From assembly GCA_044229975.1 (NCBI GenBank), contig JBGARZ010000013.1:32001-96000 (forward strand): a stretch of 64,000 nucleotides of DNA. Direction: 5' to 3'. The first letter of the stretch is position 1, and each line of letters starts with the position of its first letter. Source of the DNA: Polyangiales bacterium (GTDB lineage Bacteria; Myxococcota_A; Polyangia; Polyangiales; Ga0077539). Below, piece after piece: positions 57,551-64,000 of the stretch. The notes below the pieces were generated by a model. The model saw only the letters and a program-made list of their open reading frames with translations, ran no database searches and was not told where the DNA came from. The position numbers and the translations under genes are program-made.

Positions 57551-57736
57551 GGCAACGATGGACCTCCGGCGAAGACGGACGACGACGCACGAGCGCGCGG
57601 GCGCCCTGAGTGGTGACGACGGAGGTCACGCGGTCGGACGTCGGGAGTGCGCGCGGTGGTGCATCGGACGCGCGGGGCCGGAGGGCGGTCTAGGAATTAT
57701 TCAAGGGTCGGCCGCGGGTGCTACCGGTACGAGCCT

Positions 57737-58318
57737 ATGGACGCGATCACGTTGGTTCCCGGGCAGACGGCGCTCTTGGTGGTGGACGTGCAGGAGAAGC
57801 TGATGCCCGCGATGCACGCGCCCGACGCCGCGCGGATGCTGCGCGCCGTCGACCTGCTGCTGGAGACGGCGCAGCGGATGAAGCTGCCGGTGTTCGTCAC
57901 CGAGCAGTACCCCGCGGGCCTCGGGCCGACGGTCGCCGCCGTGGGCGCGAAGCTCGCGGGCATGAGCCCGAAGCCGGCGGTGTACGAGAAGACGGTGTTC
58001 TCGGCGCTGGGTCCGCCGGAGGTCGCCAAGGGGCTCGCGGATGCGGGCGTGCGGTCGGTGATCGTGGTCGGCGTCGAGGCGCACGTCTGCGTGTTCATGA
58101 CGGCGCGCGACCTCGCCCGGCGGGGCTTCCATGTGCACGTCCCCTTCGACGCCGTGGCGTCGCGTGACCCTGGGTGCAAGACCACCGCGCTGGCGGCGCT
58201 GGCCACTCAGGGCGTGACGGTGACCACTACCGAGACGGCGGTGTTCGACCTCCTGGGCGACGCCAAGAACCTGCACTTCCGCCCGCTCTCCAAGCTGGTC
58301 AAGGACCTGCTGGGCTGA
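57737..58318 (+). CDS. Isochorismatase-family hydrolase
   Basis: LLVVDVQEKL, TEQYPAGLGPTV, EKTVFS and GVEAHVCV. Confidence 0.92.
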   Translation: MDAITLVPGQTALLVVDVQEKLMPAMHAPDAARMLRAVDLLLETAQRMKLPVFVTEQYPAGLGPTVAAVGAKLAGMSPKPAVYEKTVFSALGPPEVAKGLADAGVRSVIVVGVEAHVCVFMTARDLARRGFHVHVPFDAVASRDPGCKTTALAALATQGVTVTTTETAVFDLLGDAKNLHFRPLSKLVKDLLG

Positions 58319-58332
58319 CGGTCGGGCCGTCG

Positions 58333-59523
58333 TCACTCCTGGCCGTCGATGGCCTCCGCAAACTCCACCAGGAAGAACGCGCACTCCAGCCAGCCGTCGT
58401 CGCCTTCCTTCAAGCTCACCGTGACCTGACCTTCGTCGAGCGTCCCCTCGGCGCTCTCGGCCTCGCCGAGAAACACGGCCGTGGCCGCGCCGTTCTTCCC
58501 CTTGAGGACGAAGGGCAGCTCCTTCTTGATGGCGTTGAAGAGGTCGTCGTCACCCGGCGCACACGAGAACAGGTCACCGATCTCGATCTTGCTGCGCGCG
58601 TCGGGCGCGTCGCCGAGCCCCTCGGCCACGAAGGCCGTGATCAGCTCCAGCGCCGCGAAGTAGTTGGTGTCCGACGACTCGATCCACTCCTGGTCGACCT
58701 TGAGCACCACACCCACCATGCCGCGCGTCGGCTCGATGAGCAGCTCCAGCTTCGCCGTGCGGGCGATGCGCGCGAAGCCGAAGTACCGCTTGGCGATGCG
58801 CCCGACGGGCTTGCCCGTGCGATCGAGCTCCAGCGAAAACCTCCGGCCAAACGGCGTGGCGTCGAGCTCTGGCGTCTTCCATCCGGCCACGCCCGTGCGG
58901 TCGCCCTTCACGAAGCCCACCGGCGCGCTGAAGAGCAATTGCCCCAGGTCGAACACCGCCTTCTGCGTCGCCACGCCGACGTGCAGCCGCCGACCGCCCT
59001 CCTCGTTGCGCACCACGACGGTGGCGCCCTTCTTCGCGAAGGTCGCCGACGCCTCCATGCGCCGCCCGAGAAACACCTCCGTCGCCCCGCCCGCCCCGTC
59101 GCGCGGCACCCACGACAGGGCTTCGAGCACCGCCGCGAAGGTGCGCGTCTGGTCATAGGACACCGCCAGGATGTTGCCGAGGGACTTGCGGTCGTCGGCC
59201 GTCGTCTCGCCCGCCGCGTCGGCGAGGAAGCGCGCGTACGCCGCCATCGCGCCGGCCGCGAGCGTGCGGTCTTGCAGGGCGCGACGGTCGATCCAGAGGC
59301 TCACCACCTCGCTGTGATCGTCCTCGTCGAAGAGGGCTTCGAGCTCCGCGGCGTCGCCCAGGATCTGCGAGCGCCACGCGACCCGCTTCATGCCGCGCAG
59401 CCGAGGGTCGGCCGCGTCGTCACCGCCCGTCACGCGAACGAGGGGGTAGGTCTTGGCGAAGGGCGAGGCTTCGATCTCCGAGGCGGTGCGATCGAGCAGG
59501 AGTCCGCGGGCGTTGGGTCGCAT
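58333..59523 (-). CDS. Hypothetical protein
   Basis: 396-aa ORF with typical codon usage. No motif recognised. Confidence 0.65.
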   Translation of the reverse strand: MRPNARGLLLDRTASEIEASPFAKTYPLVRVTGGDDAADPRLRGMKRVAWRSQILGDAAELEALFDEDDHSEVVSLWIDRRALQDRTLAAGAMAAYARFLADAAGETTADDRKSLGNILAVSYDQTRTFAAVLEALSWVPRDGAGGATEVFLGRRMEASATFAKKGATVVVRNEEGGRRLHVGVATQKAVFDLGQLLFSAPVGFVKGDRTGVAGWKTPELDATPFGRRFSLELDRTGKPVGRIAKRYFGFARIARTAKLELLIEPTRGMVGVVLKVDQEWIESSDTNYFAALELITAFVAEGLGDAPDARSKIEIGDLFSCAPGDDDLFNAIKKELPFVLKGKNGAATAVFLGEAESAEGTLDEGQVTVSLKEGDDGWLECAFFLVEFAEAIDGQE

Positions 59524-59635
59524 AGGGCGCGCGGAGGGTCATCCAGAGCGCGGCCCACCGTCAACGGGCTCGGCGGGTCCATTGGAGAGGGGACCGGCGA
59601 CCGCGAGGGCACCGACCTCCGCACGCAGCCCGCCG

Positions 59636-60943
59636 CTACCTCTGAACAATCGCCGCGAACGACCGCGTCCGCAGCGCGTCCATGGACACGCTCAGCGCCT
59701 GCATCACCTCGTCCTCGGTCGCGGCCCCGCAGTCCACCGCGCGCAGCACGTCGCCCAGCAACCCCTGCCCCGTCGCCGCGTCGTCGAACACCGCCCCCGC
59801 CCTCACCGCGTGCGCCGCTTGATCAATGAACGCCCTCAGCCGCCGCGCCGTCGCCGCAAACCCCGCCCGTGCGTGCGCGATCACCAGCGCGTGCCGCCAC
59901 ATCACCTGCCCCGGGTGCAGGTCCCACCCTTGGTGCACGCCCATCATCGCCGCGTGCCGCCAGTGCTTCGTCATCACCCCGAGCGCGCCCAGCACCGTCG
60001 CCCGGTTCTCCGCGCGCTGTGCATCCGTCAGCTCTGCCCCGCGGTGAACCTCCACGGGCATCACGTTGGTCGCCCCGTCCACCACGCGCACGCCGGTGCC
60101 CGCGAGCGACACCGTCATCAGCGAGCGCGCCAGGTCGCAGTACGGGTGCAGCAACGTCGCCTGCGACGCGCCCACTCCGAGCGACGCCGTGAGATCCCAC
60201 GCGCCCAGGTGCACCGCCGCGCACCGCCCCTCGGCCGCCTGCACCAGGCCGGGCAGCGCCACCGTTCCGTCGTCGCCGATGAGCGCGCGCGGGGTCTCCA
60301 CCATCAACTCGACCCCTACCGACCCGACGGGCCAGCCCAGCGCTCGCTCCAGTCGCGTGAGAACGTCCGCCAACGCCGCCACCTCCGACCGCCGCGACAC
60401 CTTCGGCAGCGTCACCACGAAGCCCGGCACCGGCCCGCCCGCCCTGGCCAGCGTGGTCAGAAACCCGTCCAGCGTCCGCACGGCGCGCCCCGCCGTCTCG
60501 CCCGCGAGGGGCTTCACGCGGATGCCCACCACGCGCGGGAGGGTGTGGTCGTCGCGGCTGCGGGCCATCGCGGTCGCGGCCTCGACGACGAAGCGGTCTT
60601 CCTCGGCGTCGGGGCGCGGGCCGAAGCCGTCCTCGAAGTCGACGCGGTAGTCCTCCACGGGCTCGCGGTGCAGCTTGTCGACGAGCCCCCGGTAGATGCG
60701 GTCGAGGGTGGTGTCGTCAGGCGGCTCGTCGAAGCCGAAGGGCAGCGCCCGCAGGTCGGCGAGCGAACCCACGAGCGTGTCGAGCAGCGCCGTCGCGTGC
60801 CGTCCCACCTTCGCGACGACGTCGTGGGTGTAACGGTGGGCGCCGCCGTAGACCGTGTGGACGGGGTGCCAGTGCGCCCGGTCGTCGATCGGGGATGGCA
60901 CTGCGAGCGCCGGAGCATCCGAGGGGTCGAGGGAGGTCTCCAC
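59636..60943 (-). CDS. HpcH/HpaI aldolase/citrate lyase-family protein (DUF6986-like)
   Basis: PVHTVYGGAH, EPVEDYRVDFEDGFG, ELMVETP, DGATNVMP and QGWDLHPGQ. Confidence 0.85.
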   Translation of the reverse strand: METSLDPSDAPALAVPSPIDDRAHWHPVHTVYGGAHRYTHDVVAKVGRHATALLDTLVGSLADLRALPFGFDEPPDDTTLDRIYRGLVDKLHREPVEDYRVDFEDGFGPRPDAEEDRFVVEAATAMARSRDDHTLPRVVGIRVKPLAGETAGRAVRTLDGFLTTLARAGGPVPGFVVTLPKVSRRSEVAALADVLTRLERALGWPVGSVGVELMVETPRALIGDDGTVALPGLVQAAEGRCAAVHLGAWDLTASLGVGASQATLLHPYCDLARSLMTVSLAGTGVRVVDGATNVMPVEVHRGAELTDAQRAENRATVLGALGVMTKHWRHAAMMGVHQGWDLHPGQVMWRHALVIAHARAGFAATARRLRAFIDQAAHAVRAGAVFDDAATGQGLLGDVLRAVDCGAATEDEVMQALSVSMDALRTRSFAAIVQR

Positions 60944-61069
60944 GGGTGCAATGGTACGGCACCGAACGACCGCGTACAGTCGGCGAAATCCACGGGGCGC
61001 AGCGACGGCGTAGGCGGACGGCGCGCACCCGAAGCACCGGTTGCCAGCGCGCACGAGGCTCCCATCACC

Positions 61070-62392
61070 ATGAACGACACCACCCTCCCCCCGGGCGACC
61101 GCGGCCTCCCACTGCTCGGCGAGACCCTGGCCTTCCTCAAGGACCAGTTTCACTTCGTCGACGAGCGGCGCGCGCGCTTCGGGAAGGTGTTTCGCAGCAG
61201 CATCCTCTTCAAGGACACGGCGCTGCTCGTGGGCGCGGAGGGAGCGCGCATCTTCAACGACGAAGCGAAGGTGCAGCGCGCCGGCGGCATGGCCCCGCAC
61301 ATCGCCGACTTCTTCGGCGGCACGAGCCTCCCCCTCCTCGATGGCCCCGCCCACCTGCGGCGCAAGCAGCAGGTGATGGGAGCGTTCAGCCGCGAGGCGC
61401 TCACGCAGTACATGCCCGTGATGGAGTCGACGGTGGAGCGCTACCTCGCGCGCTGGTCGTCCGCGGGCGACGCGCCCATCACCGAGGGGCTCAAGAACCT
61501 CGCGCTGGAGGTCATCGCGCGCACCATGGTGGGCTCCGACGCAGGGCCTTCCTTCGACGAGAACGTCGCCGACTTCAAGGTGATGGTGAAGGCGTTTACG
61601 GCCATCCCGATCCCGCTGCCCGGGACGGCCTTTGCGAAGGCGAAGTCCGCCCAGGCCCGCATCTTCGATCGCTACCGCGCGGTGCTCGCCGACCGCACCG
61701 CGAAGCCCACCGACGACGGGCTGTCGCGCATGCTGGCGAAGCCCGCCGAGGACGGCTCGCGCATCGACGGCGAAGACGCCCTCAAAGAACTCCACCACTT
61801 CAACCTCGCGGGCTACATCACCTTCGCGCACATGGCCCGCGGCCTCGTCGCCCTCGCGCAGGACGAGACCGTTCGTACGAAGCTCCGCGCCGAGATCGAC
61901 CGGCACCTCGGGGAGAAGCCCGTCACCGTCGAGGCGCTCCACCGCATGCCCTACCTGGAAAGCGTCGCCAAGGAGATGAAGCGCAGCGCGCCCTTCGTGG
62001 CCGTGAGCTTCGGCAAGGCGAAGAGCGACTTCACCATGGAGGGGAAGACCGTCCCCGCGGGGTGGATGGTGATGCTCTGCAACTACGCGAGCGGCAACGA
62101 GGCCGACCTCTTCGCCGACCCGTCGCGCTTCGACCCCGAGCGCTTCGCCGAGGGCCGCGCCGAAGACCTCAAGCACCCGACCGGCTTCTTCCCGCAGGGC
62201 GTGGGCGACCCCCTCAAGGGCCACAAGTGCGCGGGCGTCGACTTCTCCACGCTGCTGATGAAGACGTTCATGGTGCGACTGGCGCGGGACTACGAGGTGA
62301 CGCTCCCCCCGCAGGACCTGTCGTACCAATGGGAGAAGATCCCGCCGGAGTACGCGAGCGGCCTGCGGGCCGTGCTCAAGGCGCGGGCGTAG
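61070..62392 (+). CDS. Cytochrome P450 with extended heme-binding loop
   Basis: LPPGDRGLPLLGET, EMKR, FDPERF and FPQGVGDPLKGHKCAG. Confidence 0.92.
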   Translation: MNDTTLPPGDRGLPLLGETLAFLKDQFHFVDERRARFGKVFRSSILFKDTALLVGAEGARIFNDEAKVQRAGGMAPHIADFFGGTSLPLLDGPAHLRRKQQVMGAFSREALTQYMPVMESTVERYLARWSSAGDAPITEGLKNLALEVIARTMVGSDAGPSFDENVADFKVMVKAFTAIPIPLPGTAFAKAKSAQARIFDRYRAVLADRTAKPTDDGLSRMLAKPAEDGSRIDGEDALKELHHFNLAGYITFAHMARGLVALAQDETVRTKLRAEIDRHLGEKPVTVEALHRMPYLESVAKEMKRSAPFVAVSFGKAKSDFTMEGKTVPAGWMVMLCNYASGNEADLFADPSRFDPERFAEGRAEDLKHPTGFFPQGVGDPLKGHKCAGVDFSTLLMKTFMVRLARDYEVTLPPQDLSYQWEKIPPEYASGLRAVLKARA

Positions 62393-62437
62393 GAGCCACT
62401 GCCTCCACGAGCGCGTGGTGGAGGTGCGGCACGCCGG

Positions 62438-62986
62438 TCAGAAGTAGTAGCGGGCGTGCAGGGTGCCCGACGGGATGAAGTCGGGGTAGAAGCCGTTGCT
62501 CGTCACGAGGACGATGCGCGGGACGAACTCCACCGTGATGTCGATGGGCGCGTGGAGAAACTGCACCGCGAGGCCGATGGCGCCCTCGATGCCCAGGCTG
62601 AACCACGAGCTGCCGCCGAAGCCGAAGCCCGCGTTGATACCAGGGCCGACGAACCACTCCAGCGCCGCGACCGAGCCGCGCGTCAGCACGTTGGGATGGA
62701 AGAGGTAGTCCCCGCGGAGGAAGATGCCGCTGTCGGCGGGCTGGTCGCCCGTGAGGTCGCGCCGGCCGATGTAGCCGTTGCGGTACCAGAACGCGGCCAC
62801 GAACTGGAGCGACCTCCGCGGGTTCATGAAGTACTGCGCCGAGAGGCCGATGTCGGGGTAGCCGAGCGCGAGGCCGAGCCCGAAGTTGCGACCGCCGCCC
62901 ACCTGCGCGTGCGCCGTGGAGGGCGCTGCCAGCGTGAGCGCGAGCGCGGCGGTCGAAGCAACCAGTAGCCCGTTGGTTCTCTTCAT
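62438..62986 (-). CDS. Outer-membrane beta-barrel-like protein (DUF3996-like)
   Basis: Signal peptide ending AHA, FGLGLALG and C-terminal RYYF. Confidence 0.75.
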   Translation of the reverse strand: MKRTNGLLVASTAALALTLAAPSTAHAQVGGGRNFGLGLALGYPDIGLSAQYFMNPRRSLQFVAAFWYRNGYIGRRDLTGDQPADSGIFLRGDYLFHPNVLTRGSVAALEWFVGPGINAGFGFGGSSWFSLGIEGAIGLAVQFLHAPIDITVEFVPRIVLVTSNGFYPDFIPSGTLHARYYF

Positions 62987-63110
62987 CACCCGGCGATCCT
63001 CTTCGGCAATGCACCGCGAGCGCAATAGGCATCCTCGTGAGAGTGTCGGCAGTGCCCCGCGCGGTGAGGTTCTGTTAGGGTCCGCGGGCGTTTTGCAGGA
63101 GGTGTCCATC

Positions 63111-63542
63111 GTGTTCAAGAAGCTGGTCGTCGGTGTGGATTTCACGGAGAAGAGTGACCGCGCGGTCAAGGTCGCGCTCGGGCTCGCGGGCAACGTCGGC
63201 GGCTCGGTGGTGCTGGTGTCGGTCGTCCCCTCACGGGCCGAGCTCATCCCCACGGGCCAGGCCGACGACGCCGTCACGGGCACCCTGGAGCACCGCCTGC
63301 GCGACCTCGCGGCGGACCTCTCCAAGGCCCACGGCCTCTCCATCGACTACGGCGTGGAGGTGGGCGAAGACCCCGCCGCCGAGCTCAATCGCTTCGTCGG
63401 CAAGTGGGGCGGCGACGTCCTCGTCGTCGGCACCTCCGCCCGCACCGGCCTCAACCGCGTGCTCGTGGGCTCCATCGCCGAGCGCCTCTTCCTGCACGCC
63501 ACCGTGCCGGTGCTCGTCATCGGCCCCAGCGCCGTCGTCTGA
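63111..63542 (+). CDS. Universal stress protein
   Basis: AGGAGG RBS; FKKLVVGVDF, VVGT...G and GSIAERL...VPVLVI. Confidence 0.9.
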   Translation: MFKKLVVGVDFTEKSDRAVKVALGLAGNVGGSVVLVSVVPSRAELIPTGQADDAVTGTLEHRLRDLAADLSKAHGLSIDYGVEVGEDPAAELNRFVGKWGGDVLVVGTSARTGLNRVLVGSIAERLFLHATVPVLVIGPSAVV

Positions 63543-63543
63543 C

Positions 63544-64000
63544 CTACCGCCCCGCGTCGCCCACCGCGACCGGGAGCGCCGCGCTCCACAACAATCTTTG
63601 TGATCCGCCGTTCTGGGTTTCGATCCAGGTCGCCTGCGCGATGCCTTCGGGGGAGAGCAATCCCCGCAGCGACGACACCAAACCCGTCGGCGTCGTGATG
63701 ACGTTGCGCGACGTCGCGGGGCGCTCCGGCGCCGACCACACCCGCATCACCAGACGCGCCTGCGGCTGATCGCCGTCCGACCCGAAGGCCATGGCGCCCG
63801 CCCCCGGCAGCGGCACCAGCCACGGCGACGCGTTGGCGAAGAACCACCCCATGTTGGGCGTCTCCCACGTATCCCTCGCCAGGTCGTATGTGTTGAACGC
63901 CGCCCGCCGCTGCCCCGACCCCGGCGCCGCCGGGTTGGTCGTCGTCAGCGACCAGCTCGCGAGAAACCGTCCGCCCCCGAGCGGCACCGCCATCACACCC
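63544..64000 (-). CDS. Hypothetical protein (C-terminal part; start is outside the window)
   Basis: Open reading frame to the window edge with a beta-rich sequence. Confidence 0.5.
   Translation of the reverse strand, partial: GVMAVPLGGGRFLASWSLTTTNPAAPGSGQRRAAFNTYDLARDTWETPNMGWFFANASPWLVPLPGAGAMAFGSDGDQPQARLVMRVWSAPERPATSRNVITTPTGLVSSLRGLLSPEGIAQATWIETQNGGSQRLLWSAALPVAVGDAGR

Noticed and set aside
59453..61069. Long N-terminal extensions in the ORF track (P450 979 aa, also aminotransferase, Hcp, MsrA, reductase, GDPD, GST)
   Set aside because: The extensions overlap other genes or are low-complexity. Starts were moved to where recognisable domains begin.
61070..62392. CYP152/OleT assignment
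   Set aside because: It lacks the I-helix Arg-Pro that binds the fatty-acid carboxylate.
1..64000. tRNA, rRNA or riboswitch genes
   Set aside because: No recognisable conserved motifs in the intergenic regions. A covariance-model search would be needed to exclude them.

Overview
Very GC-rich bacterial DNA, probably Myxococcota (Polyangiales-like). This is inferred from the myxobacterial-type pfa cluster, a DWG-type Ser/Thr kinase, DAG-rich lipoproteins and a VWA lipoprotein. The centre (9.6-31.6 kb) is a PUFA synthase operon: enoyl reductase; KS-MAT-3xACP-KR-DH; KS-CLF-AT-DH-DH-DH-acyltransferase. It is followed directly by a single-chain BC-BCCP-CT biotin carboxylase. Three different palindromic elements punctuate it: a CTAG-flanked MITE-like insert between pfa2 and pfa3, a degenerate palindrome inside a pfa3 linker, and a hairpin with 103-bp arms before the carboxylase. 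An AT-richer 4-kb island (DNA methyltransferase, DUF262, HEPN) lies between two 82-bp copies of the carboxylase 3' end. A sigma54-type promoter precedes an unusual operon: His-motif membrane protein, P450 with an atypical I-helix, a 2x cNMP-BFD[2Fe-2S]-FAD/NAD reductase fusion, and a GDPD. Also present are an orphan hcp with a sigma54 motif, an internally deleted PaeR7I-like R-M pair, other gene remnants, a TetR-VOC operon with an operator, a second atypical P450 and assorted housekeeping or lipoprotein genes. No rRNA, tRNA or CRISPR array was seen. All family assignments come from motif recognition by eye, not from database searches.
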